A stretch of DNA of 63,258 nt, the filler included, from Perkinsus chesapeaki ATCC PRA-425 (Eukaryota; Protista; Perkinsozoa): assembly GCA_013115145.1 (NCBI GenBank). It is 5 parts of 5 records of this genome, joined end to end, with 100 filler letters (N's around TTAATTAATTAA, not from the genome) between each part and the next. Parts side by side here need not be neighbours in the genome. Positions count along the whole stretch, not along the records: positions 1 to 31,039 come from JAAPAO010000427.1; 4 more parts are not named here. One strand, written 5' to 3'. Below the pieces are notes generated by a model. It saw only the letters and a list, made by a program, of their open reading frames with translations. It did not search any database and was not told the origin of the DNA. A program made the position numbers and the translations under genes. Of the stretch, positions 10,978-21,853 are shown piece after piece. The stretch's first letter is position 1. Each line of letters begins with the position of its first letter.

Positions 10978-13563
10978 TTAGTGAGCGGTACGTGCTTCAA
11001 ACTCGTTGATTGTTAGGAATTCATCCATCGCATTCCTCAGGTTCTCCTCGGTCGTGTCCGAGATAAGATGCTCGTTTCTGATGGTCTTGAGGATCTCTGG
11101 ATGATTCTGTGTCACATGCTCCAACCACATAGTCTCGAACCTGACCAATCAGCACCCCTGTCACCACCCCTGTCACCATCACAACCACTCACCTTGGAAT
11201 CTCCTTTTGGGCGACCTTATCAAGATACCCACGGACACCGGCGTAGATTGTCACAACCTCAACCTCGGTGGGCATCGGACTGTACTGCCTTTGCTTTAAG
11301 AGCTCGGTCAAGATGCCACCACGGAGCAACTGCTGCTGAGTTGTCTGATCCAAATCAGACCCGAACTGGGCAAACGCAGCGACTTCTCTGTACTGAGCGA
11401 GCTCAAGCTTCAATGTACCGGCAACCTGTCGTAAAAAGATTCCCTCGAGGTTGATTGCCGTGCCTCCGGCTGGCCCACCTGCTTCATGGCCTTCGTCTGG
11501 GCTGCTGAACCGACACGCGAGACAGACAAACCAACATTCACAGCTGGACGAATACCCCTGACACCATCACATCTTCAATGACCGCGCGCCACAAAATCCA
11601 GCTCACTTGTAGAAAAGCTCGGATTCCAAGAAGATCTGTCCGTCCGTGATGGAAATAACGTTTGTCGGAATGAAGGCGGAGACATCACCGGCCTGTGTCT
11701 CGATGATTGGTAGAGCTGTAAGGCTGCCACCCTTCTTGGTGCGGGCATTCATCTTAGCAGCTCTTTCCAATAGACGGGAGTGAAGATAGAACACATCACC
11801 TAGAAGGGTACAAGATGATGAAGTGTGTATTGATGAGCATCGGACGATATAATGGCAGATATCAAACATGTATCATATTTGACATCAAGTTGATGTCCAT
11901 TTTACCGGGAGCGGTGAAATTGGGAACCAATAATTTATCAGAAAACAGTGTCCTGAATTAGGTCTCTTAAAAACCAATTTAGGAAACTCTTTTTGTGTTG
12001 GTCAAGATTTTGAAGAATCTTGAACAACACAGGAACTCCATTTTAGCGGGGAACCGATTCATCGACCAATAACAGTTTAATACAGAAATAAAACCGACAC
12101 GAGCAAGATGCACGCATCAACCCAAGATACGAAAAAGCAACAACCTTTTCGTTGGCAAAGATACCACGCTGACCTAATGGTCATCATCTTACCTGGGTAA
12201 GCCTCGCGTCCCGGAGGTCTCCTCAACAACAGCGACATCTGACGATAGGCAACAGCTTGCTTTGATAGATCATCATACACTATCACAGCGTGCATACCAT
12301 TATCACGGAAATACTCTCCCATAGCACACCCTAATAACAAGTAGAGTTGACGGAAGTATGGTAGAATTAATTGCTCCTACCAGAATAAGGAGCAAGATAC
12401 TGCAAAGGCGCTGGGTCCGAGGCAGTAGCGGCTACCACTGTAGTGTAGCTCATGCATCTAAAGGATGGCTTAAAAGTGGACAATAACTCACCAACTCGGA
12501 TAGACTTACCCAAACTTCCTCAACACTTCAACAATCTGGGCGACAGTCGATCGCTTCTGACCGATAGCCACATACACACAGTACCTACAAAACAATTTCG
12601 TGGCGCGCGGGAATCCAAGCTGCTGCTTACAAATGCTTCGAAGAATCGGGGGACTCATTAACTTGTTTCTGGTTCAAGATGGTATCCACAGCAATGGCGG
12701 TTTTGCCAGTCTGTCTGTCGCCAATAATAAGCTCACGTTGGCCTCTACCGATTGGGATAAGGGAGTCAACAGCCTTCAAGCCAGTGGTCATAGGCTCGCT
12801 GACGGACTGTCGAGGGATGATACCCGGGGCCTTCACTTCCACACGGCTGCCTGCACACAATGTCAAAACTGACCGAATTCCAACTCATTTGATGTCCTAC
12901 GTTGTTTGGTGTTGAGCGGACCAGCATCATCGATCGGGTTTCCGAGGCCATCGACCACACGACCGAGTAGTTCCTCACCCACGGGAACGTCAACAATAGC
13001 CTTTGTGCCTGCCACGGTGGTGTATATTGCAACCCCGCTCGATAGGGCGACTTACGCTTGACGGAATCACCCTCAAGAATGTTACGATCCTCACCAAAAA
13101 CGACAACACCAACGTTATCGGTCTCCAAGTTGAGTGCCATCCCCTAAGCAACGAGAATAAAGGACGGCAGATAAAGGGGGGGTAGAGGGTACTTTGAGTC
13201 CACAGGAAAACTCAACCATCTCACCAGCTTGGACGTTGTTGAGGCCATAGATACCTAAGAGGAGATGGGCATAGTGATGCAAGTGATAGAGGCTTACGGG
13301 CAATTCCATCGGCAACAGAGAGGACAAGGCCAACCTCGTCGACATCCTTGTGGTCCTTGAAACCAGCGATGCGCTCTTCTAGAATAGAAGTGACCTCAGC
13401 CGGGGAGACCTGAAGTGCATGCTTCAACCTTGGATGCGGCGCGGATACCGACCTTGGCGGCGAACCTCGGAGGAGTGGTGTGCAAAAGCCGGGATGTCGC
13501 CCTTGGAAGGGTGTGAGTGATGGCAGATGTGACCGAAGCACGGCTGAGAAGGCGAGATAACAT
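10978..13563 (-). CDS. ATP1: Mitochondrial F1 ATP synthase subunit alpha, nuclear-encoded, with N-terminal transit peptide; about a dozen exons
   Basis: [11 protein letters not shown] transit peptide; [12 protein letters not shown]; Walker A GDRQTGKT; [29 protein letters not shown]|[15 protein letters not shown]; [20 protein letters not shown]; all exons join in frame; stop TAA at 10978. Confidence 0.97.
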
Positions 13564-14081
13564 CACAGACGGGTGGAACAAAAAATGAGGTGACCCTGAA
13601 AGAGGTAAGGAATAACAGCAGCACCACGCTCGAAATTGGGGGCGATCAGCGGAGGGAGCGGTATGAAATAGAAGCAACCAACAGCAGTGGTATTAAAAAC
13701 TATGGCCAGTAGAGAGAGTGTAGAGGTTAATAAGGTCATAGTTCATGCTAATAACAATAATAATCGATGACCAAGGTGGCTGCTGTCAATGGGCGGCGAT
13801 ATTCGTGGTTGAAGGATGGCGTTGAGGAAATGTAAGTGCGCAAGATTTGATTTGCGTCCAACACTAAGAATTGGAAATATGAGAAGTATAATCGAAAAAG
13901 ATATATCTTAATGTCCGAGATGGGTTTTAAGTCGCCATTGTTTGTATTGTGAATATGTACCAATATATATGCTAGTGCTAGATACACGTTAACTTGTTAA
14001 GAATCTACCTTACTGTAGGGTGGTGTTTACCTTCTCTAACACCTTCAATTCCATCTATATCACCTCTTTAGGCCCCTTGTA

Positions 14082-15480
14082 ATGATTTTAACATTTATCC
14101 TTCCTGTTCTGATATGTCAACTTGTCAACGCTACTCGTCCTCCTCAATCACCACTTCCTTCCTCCAAAGGTAAGGCCACTTCTACACCATCGCTTCATCA
14201 CACTTTTAGATGAACTGGCAACCATTGTAGATGACTTTTATCAAAGAATTCAATCCTACGATGCACATCACCCGGGCACACTGAAGCATCGAAACCCGAA
14301 TCCCGTCACCACCCGTCCGCTCAAACGAAACAGAGAAACTCCGAATAGCGCCGGCGCACAGCGAACAAAACCGCGGCGACTCGACGCAACCGAGAGAATC
14401 ACTGTAGAGGACACTATTGTTGAGGATAGCGATGAGATCTGCGGCCGAAAGGGCTTCGGAGGGGACCTGTCGCCGGAGGACCGACAAGCCATGCGATTGA
14501 TGTGCGACTATTGGCCAACGGAACGATGGGGAGAAATTGATGACGGCGAAATCGATGAGGTTTCGGCACTGGCGAAGTCGGGAAGGTTCGGTGCTGTCCG
14601 AGAGAGATCTCGGGAATGGACGAAATCGATGAAGTCGAGCTCGAGATTCTGCTGGAGAAAAGTTATGAAAAAACGCAATAGTGAGAAAGCATGGTGCAAA
14701 GGACCTGGCTTGAGCGGAAAACGGCCGGGGTTCGCTTGGAAGTGTAAACGAAATTGCAAGGAATTTTGCAAAGATGAATTTCAGAACTACTTGGGTAAGA
14801 CTCATCATCTGATGTGGTGCAAATGTGGCGAACACGGCAAGCATGCTAGGATGGTCGATCCTCCATGCCCTGAAGGGCAATCGTTGATCATGGGGAAATG
14901 CTACAAACCTTGTCCAGCTAGAATGGAGCCGAGTATAATACCTTGGCGATGCTCAACAGACTGCACTAAGAACAGCAATGGTCTGGTGACGACCTGCGGT
15001 CTGGGATGCACTAAATCATCTGCTGATTGTGCGAGAGTTGTCGGGGCTATGGTGGCCACAGTCAGCGGTGCCGTTCTTGGCGCAGTCGCCGAATTCGCAC
15101 CGCCGATGGCGTCTGGAATCCTATTGAGCGTCTCTAAAATGGTCGCTTTGGCGGCCGATATCGTCCAGGAGCTCTCCTATGAGATAGAAAGCTTGATCAA
15201 AGGGCATGGGCTGAAGATAGGTAGACTTCTGACCATGGGGTCAATGATGTTTTCATACTTCAACGAATTGAGGTCTCCACCGGAAATGCTTGAGCAAGGC
15301 GCATGGCCGTTCGCCGAGGCAATCGAGGGATTCTTGAGCGTATCAGACAAGCCTGTTGATAGTTCGGAGTTTAAGGAAGGTGTTGAGAATTTAATAAGTC
15401 AACTGCAGGAGAAATACGGTAACGTTGCGAGTAGTATCACAAGCATTTTTAAAGCATTTTCACATCCACAGTGCCATTAG
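14082..15480 (+). CDS. Secreted Cys-rich protein with C-terminal hydrophobic/amphipathic helices (2 exons)
   Basis: ATG 14082 gives signal peptide MILTFILPVLICQLVNA; 40-bp GT-AG intron 14170-14209 joins in frame to the long ORF; Cys-rich core FCWR...CPEG...CYKPCP...CGLGC...DC. Confidence 0.8.
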
Positions 15481-15749
15481 AGGCGGCGGCGGCACTACCT
15501 CCTATAATAGCTTCATAACCTAGTTTATGTTGTATCCGTGTTCGGTTGTTATCATTTAGACACTCTTGTGTTGGTTAATTACAAAGGATACGCCTAGTGC
15601 ACCAGGAAACAGCTTTAACGCCGCTTAAGGTACTCAAATGCTGCTATATACCGGTGGTCGTATTATGCAGACCAAAGCGGTTTTGTATTCAATATAAAGC
15701 TAATATACTGTAAACGCACTCAGCTTGAATAACAAGGCCTCTTTAATCG

Positions 15750-16275
15750 ATGCCATCATTCTTCATCGCTTTATTCGTCCTCATTTTAACCTCTCTGGAA
15801 TCTTTGGGACATCCAAGTAGGCTGTCTGCTCGAGGCTGCGTATCAATCTCATTCAGGGACTTCGTCTCACCGACACCCACGCATGGCTCGAGGATGCCGC
15901 AGTCATCGTGGAATGTCTCGAAGATTTCTGAAGAAGCCAATCAAGGTTCCTACTGTTAATTTGAAACCTCCGAAGATTCCCATGTACGGTCGAACGACCA
16001 TTTACGAGAATTCCAGAAGAGTCGATAGAAGGACAACACTACCCAACAGACCGCAAGTACAACCTACCTCTCTGCCGGTTGTCAAGAACACTACAATGCA
16101 TGAAAAGAGAAGAACGCCTACGATTACACCGAGCAACAGCGGGGAAAAGAGGGCTCCAGCGCCGAGAGATACTGAAAGCTCAATTGCTGGGGGGTCATCG
16201 GCGTCAAGCATTGACCCTTATATGTTGAGATTCATGGAAGAGTTCGAGAAGGCCAAGGAAGAGGCTGACCTGTGA
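15750..16275 (+). CDS. Small secreted basic/low-complexity orphan protein (2 exons)
   Basis: Signal-like MPSFFIALFVLILTSLESLG; 40-bp intron 15817-15856 joins in frame to ORF 15883-16275. Confidence 0.6.
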
Positions 16276-16356
16276 TGCCATTTATCATGTTCATTGTCAT
16301 GTTCCTGTGAAATTATATATTGTTGACTTTCATAGTTGATAGTCACCTCGAAGCTA

Positions 16357-16623
16357 TCAGCACTCCGCGCTCCATGGTGGTTCGTAGTTGAACAAGATAA
16401 TCGTCGTAAACCTCACTTTTGGTGGCACTGCCATCATGGAAGCCGTCCAAAGCAATTCGACCACTCCTACAAGTCGATATGTAACATACCAAATACCTTG
16501 TTCTATCGAGCTGAAATAGTCTACTAAAAGTAAGCTGCTCTGCATTGGGATTGTGTTGTCCATGTCTGATCTCCGGAAGCCGGAAGGGAGATACACGTAT
16601 TGACACTCTTGAACACTACTCAC
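16357..16623 (-). mobile_element. Possible degraded retrotransposon integrase fragment
   Basis: LLLVDYFS...VVELLW...PPKVRFT loosely resembles the rve core. Confidence 0.2.
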
Positions 16624-16844
16624 GACGAATAGGCTAAAGAAGTGCTTTAGTAGGAATCTGATGAGCAGGTCTATTTAAATGGGTTAGGACCCGTAGACCC
16701 GATTGCGGCGGTGGTATCACGACAACTACACAGCGTTATTGGAATACAACGAATTGAGGAGATGAACCACATGTCACCAAACAGAATTGCCGGGAGAGGA
16801 AATGTACAGCACACGTCGTATAGTAAATGTTCTCGACGGACCAA

Positions 16845-17846
16845 CTATCTTTCTATCAGCTTCGCCACTGCCTTATCTGCGTCAACTCGTCCGAAGGGAA
16901 GAGTGGTCTTCCCAGTGGAATCTTTGAGACCTTTTGTGGAAGTGTCCTTCAGGATCTTCTTAATACCACCAGGAGATAGGTTCGGAGCGACGCTGTAGAG
17001 CATCGCAGCCACACCAGCAACAATAGCAGATGCTGCGGATGTACCCTTCCGTATTTGATACCTAACATAATTCCCGGTCGTCATAATACCAACCCCTGGT
17101 GCAGCGATGTCCAAATAGCTCGCGAAGTTGGAGGAACCTGCTAATCTCATTCTTGACTCTTCTGTCGCACCGACGCACAACACTCCATCGAAATCCTGAG
17201 TGAGAGCACATGGGTATCTTTTCTCCGTGGTGATATTCTCGCGCATATTTCCAGTGGTCACAATCATAAGAATTCCAGCTTGATCTGCTTCTACGATTTT
17301 GCCGACCAAGTAGGGCGCAATCTGATCATCAGAATGAGCCATTAAAATAAACTTTATATCTCTCCCTTCTCTTTGTCGGATAACATAGTCTAAAGCAGCT
17401 GTGAGATTTTGATCGGTAGGACTTTTACTGGCGAAAATCGGGATAATGTTGACAAGGTCCATAACGCCTGCAATGCCCTTAGTGTTGTTGATAGTAGCAC
17501 CAAGTATGCCGGCCATACTGGTGCCATGCCCTGCTCGATCGTGAGTATCATCATTTTTATCGATAACATTATAGCCCTCTGCAAGATTGGAAACCAAGTT
17601 TGGATGGTCTGGTTTCACTCCGGTATCGATAAGGGCTACGGTAACCTTCTTTCTGATCATTTTTGTGGAAGTCAGCCGCTTCCATGCTCCGGGTACATTG
17701 ATAGCTTCCAGATATGCCTGCTGAGTCACGTAGAGGGGGTCATTCACAGGGAAGCCATCTGTCATACCAGAATGGCCTTGTGGGGGATGTTTTATAGCGA
17801 TTACTGAACCGATAATGCGGCCGAATATGAAGCAGCGATACCACAT
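16845..17846 (-). CDS. Subtilisin-like serine protease (S8), intronless
   Basis: Asp VALIDTG, His HGTSMAG, oxyanion Asn TGN, Ser GTSAASAIVAG, C-terminal FGRVDA. Confidence 0.95.
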   Translation of the reverse strand: MWYRCFIFGRIIGSVIAIKHPPQGHSGMTDGFPVNDPLYVTQQAYLEAINVPGAWKRLTSTKMIRKKVTVALIDTGVKPDHPNLVSNLAEGYNVIDKNDDTHDRAGHGTSMAGILGATINNTKGIAGVMDLVNIIPIFASKSPTDQNLTAALDYVIRQREGRDIKFILMAHSDDQIAPYLVGKIVEADQAGILMIVTTGNMRENITTEKRYPCALTQDFDGVLCVGATEESRMRLAGSSNFASYLDIAAPGVGIMTTGNYVRYQIRKGTSAASAIVAGVAAMLYSVAPNLSPGGIKKILKDTSTKGLKDSTGKTTLPFGRVDADKAVAKLIER

Positions 17847-18698
17847 TTACGTTAACAATCGTACCTATCATACCGAAAGTTGAGACACTTTCTCGTACAG
17901 GACTTCACGTCGATTTCTGTGCTTAACTGCACTGTTCTTAAGCTACCAATAGTGCTGGAGCCCGTACGTTAGAACATCCACCGTGCATGGCGCTTTTGGG
18001 CTCCTTGGAAGGATGTTAGGAGACCTTTTAGGCTCCACGTTAGACCATTCCCACTGGGAATTTACCAGTTACACAAGGGCTATTCTACAGGAACCAACAT
18101 GTCATCGTGACTCACTCACAACATTAAGTTTACAATCACGCACCACAATATAACTGTTTGGGATTCTCAAGAAAGGCGATACAGAAGACATCCTTTGCGG
18201 GAGCGATTGTTTACGGTCCCATGCTTCTTTAATGTGTACTGATCATGACCGTCTCCAAGGGGAAGCTAGAAGTTCATATTCCCACATTGTAACGTCTCCC
18301 TATTCATTAAGCTCCGCTCATTCTATCTTACTAGTGGGCGATTGCTAGAGATTTGGTCATCTTACGGTAGCCCTCCCGTGGATAGGTTTTGGTCCAGTGG
18401 CGCCAAGCGCATGACGTTGAAGGGGATGATACATCATACCGCTGACGACGCTATATAACAGATACTTATGTTAATAACGATCCTGTGTAAGTAGTATGCG
18501 CAGCGTAACGAATGAAGCGTTATCCCGAGGCATGTGAGACATCAACAGTAGTTGCCGTGAAGTAACAACATCACCTTGTTCACAAGGCTTTCATTACAGT
18601 GGAGGTACAAGAAATCTTTTCGTAGTTCCGCTCGCTTTCGTCTGCTCGTTATCAGTCTCGATATCATCAACTGACTCCACAACTCAATATAGTTTTCA

Positions 18699-20890
18699 TC
18701 AGAAACATTGAATCATTTCAGTGGCATTCGTTCGAGCATATAATTGTTCACCAGTAAGCTCCGTGACACGGCTGTGGTCCGGATCCATTCCGAGGGTAGC
18801 CGAAGTTGGCATTGCCCACTCGGGCGCAGGGAGAGAGTATTCTGTGAAAGGAACGTCCATTAGCTTGCCGAGTTTATCCGTGCTGTAGTGCTCCTCAATA
18901 AGTCTGTTATATTCATCAAAGTCAATCCACAACGCATTCTTGAGTCCATTGCGGACCAGCAACGCACTGCAACTGTGCTCGTGAATTGCCGCAAGCGCAT
19001 ACTCGCCTCCGAACCTGATCAGACTACCATAACAGTTTCTTAGCATTCAAGGGTTGGTGATGCAAAGGTGCCTGCTAGCCCACCTACATCAGAGGAGGTT
19101 TCGTCATCAACCTTCCAAAATGGAAAAGCGCAAAGAGCCACGACGAACTACTATACCTTTCAGAAATCTATTTCGCGCTTAAGGCCACAAGCTTCGCTAA
19201 ATAGGAAATCATTTTCGCGAATAGAGACATGATAGCGAAATGAATTCCTGCGAAGCATAGACTTATTTCGGCTAATGCAACCACGTGAATGAACGCATGG
19301 GTTTGTCCGAAAACTTACTCGACTTTAAGTTTTTGTGCAAAAGTAATTATGTCGTCAAAGTACGGGCAATTGGCCATTGTAAGACCAGTGCTCTCTCTAT
19401 CCCATCCAGCATAGGTTGCACCTTTAATCTGATAAAGAACAGCCATCAAATCAGTGATGGACGGGATGGAAATGAACCTCTATAAAGTCGGCTTTCATCT
19501 TATCGATGAGTTTAGCGTAGCCGGTCACATCGTCATCATTAATATCATTTAATAAAGTTAACCTCGCAACTTTCCTTTGCCTATCGCCTTTTTCTGCCGC
19601 ACCCTTCAAAGATGCCAAAAGCCTTTCCCAATAGTCCTTGAAGAGTGGCCTGTCAATCTGAGAAGGAATTCAATTCTAATGAACGTATCGATACGGATCA
19701 ACGCTCCACCCTGTGATGAAGCAGCCGCAACCCAGGAGAATTGTAATGACGGCGAGAATGCGCTCGTGACAGATATATCTCAACGTGCCCTTCACAGATG
19801 AAGAGAGATTGGTGAGCAACGATTGGCCGAGATGAGTTGTACACATGTGATTTGTCAAACCGAAGTCTCCTACCGTACTTTCTTCAATTTCTCAGGATTC
19901 GAGGCATCAATCGAAATATACAATTGTGTCACTTGTGGCAAACTAATCAGTTCATCAGGATGTTGACCATTAGTAACTAGCATCATATAGCAGCCATCAG
20001 AGCATCACAGAACCCCACCTAGAAACGTTGACATCTTATATGGTGCGTAACTGTGAATAACTCTGAGAAACTCGTCCATCTTAGGATACATAATAGGCTC
20101 GCCCACTAGAGACAGCGCGACATGCCTGAAAAGACAACTGTACGAATAAAAGTGATAAATGGGCCTACCGAGGCCGCATGGCTTCCGAAAAAGCATCGCT
20201 ATCCACTTGAGCTCCCTTGAGCGGTTTTATTAATTTATTGAGGTGTTTGTCGACCATCTCTTGAACCACCCAAACAGAATCATCCGTCTGAAGAAAAACC
20301 TTCAGTATCAAATCATGTATTCTTAACCGTGTTCACTTGTAGATTTTACTTAACATATCTCACCTCGTAAGACCCCCACTTCAACGCGTTGGGATGTGTG
20401 GTACCTCGCCAACAAAAAGTACATCGATTGGCACAGGCTACACTAGTAGTAGCTTCCATGCACCTGATACAGAGATACGAATTAACAACAACAACAACAA
20501 CTCCGCTGTAGTCGGCACAGAGAACAATATCCTGGTAACATCTTATGTTTCACATTTCCGCTAAAACATCTATTCCGTGACTTAACCTATGCCCACCACT
20601 GAACTAGATATAACCAATATGCAAGCAGAATGTCTCATATGCAAGGAGACAAACTTAAATTAGTGTCACGGATCTACCTGTGACTGTCTATGCCGTAAAA
20701 CGTATGCTTGTAGCATCCGCCATTCTTTCTAAGGCTGCTAAGGACCCACCGGCATCGCTTGACTGCAGAGTGACTGCCTAACAGGGATAGGCACAGGTTC
20801 GATTTCTAGCGGAGTCATTTTTATACCAACTAATTGATATCCTTTAGTTGATAGACCTTCCTTAATAGAGGATGTCATCATTTGCTTCAG
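18699..20890 (-). CDS. TYW1: tRNA 4-demethylwyosine synthase (radical SAM), multi-exon; 5' end unresolved, may extend toward ~21780
   Basis: GYQLVG|SHSAVKRCRW...GGCYKHTFYGIDSHR|CMEATTSVACANRCTFCWR (CxxxCxxC); RHVALSLVGEPIMYP; STFLVTNGQHP; IDRPLFKDYWER; IKGATY; HEHSCSALL; WIDFDEY; PEWA. Confidence 0.93.
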
Positions 20891-21853
20891 TCTAATACAA
20901 CATCCGTGACGTGAAAACATTTATCGACACAAAAACTGTCCCTAAAATTGGATGCCAGCTTTCAATTTTCCGTGCCAAGGAGCACCTGCACAACCATTTT
21001 GGCAACAAGGAAACATGACCGACTTCTGGACGATTATGCATCTCCCACTGTATATGGCGTAAATGATCAATATTGGTATGCTGGCCTCCCAGTTAGGAGG
21101 TGTCGGCATGGAACCGAGCGGATACTTAACATTGTAAAATTTCTATTTGGTGTTTTTCAGACATCACCTTCGATTACACCACCTCATGTGTGGCGCACAC
21201 TGCGCTGTATGATACGTGTGGGTTTTGATTCCACGTGAGATTGGCTCGCACTACCTTCACCGATGTACTTGTAGAGGTAAATTAGCAATTTCAACATCCA
21301 ACCTTCACGGTCATTTTGAACTGCTATACCTCTTAACGTTGGCTTCATCCCGCTCGGGATTATACCCAATGTTGATCATTCGGTGGGTTTGTGAGGAGGC
21401 GACATGAGGGTCAACTGCCGACGCTGCACTCTCAACAGGTGGCAGTTCCTCACGACAAGCAGCGAGAAGTCGGGCACTACTCGAGCTTTGGCTCGACTTA
21501 ACATATGGCTCCTACCGCGGGGAAATGATCAGCGTCGAGCAATGGAGGGCGATTCCAATTGAATGGTTCCAGACCATTTCGGTGAATTACGAGCTGTCTG
21601 TTGTAACCTCGCCTGCCACCGTATACGGGTCTCGAACTCCGGTGACCGAAGATAGACAGACATCTGTCGCAGATCCGCGTGACATGTCACATACTTTCAC
21701 AGGACTTCGGGAAAACCCATGCCAAATGAAGAACTGTGCTACTTCAACAAACTTGACTCGGCTTTTGCGCTCGGTTGGATTCATTTCAGAAAACTTGACG
21801 GATTCGACGGCACACTTTCCATCAACGTCTGGTTAGTAGCCTAAGTCATACAA

